Below, in pieces: positions 63,976 through 64,000 of a stretch of 64,000 nucleotides of DNA. The notes beneath the pieces are model-generated. The model was not told the DNA's origin. It was given only the letters and a program-made list of their open reading frames with translations, and did no database searches. Every line of letters starts with the position of its first letter. The first letter of the stretch is position 1. The stretch is from Marsupella aquatica (taxonomy: Eukaryota; Plantae; Marchantiophyta), in the NCBI GenBank assembly GCA_973895155.1, contig OZ316892.1, forward strand, positions 2,111,223 to 2,175,222, given 5' to 3'. The position numbers were made by a program, and so were the translations under genes.

Positions 63976-64000
63976 TTAAAGTTGGAGCGACCCTTGATTA

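Overview
Eukaryotic, intron-rich land-plant nuclear DNA. It is probably from a non-seed plant such as a bryophyte; that is an inference from gene style and from RLE-type LINE remnants. Three intact genes can be assembled exon by exon: NOP53/GLTSCR2 (minus strand, 11 exons), a BT1/Brittle1-type adenine nucleotide carrier (plus, 3 exons) and a class I histone deacetylase of HDA19/HDA1 type (plus, 8 exons) with an unusually long low-complexity tail. A young full-length Ty1/copia element (Bianca-like) spans 19124-26000, with 107-bp LTRs, a GTTGT target-site duplication, a half-tRNA-Ile primer site and a 1.7-kb leader. A decayed A1 aspartic protease gene (52.4-56.0 kb, minus) carries an inverted copy of one of its own exons inside an intron. 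The rest is MITEs, CRE-like and L1-like LINE remnants, tandem duplications and microsatellites. The best unannotated signals are a tandem pair of box C/D snoRNAs in NOP53 intron 1 with a guide matching 18S rRNA, the fold-back protease pseudogene, and the unusual architecture of the copia element.
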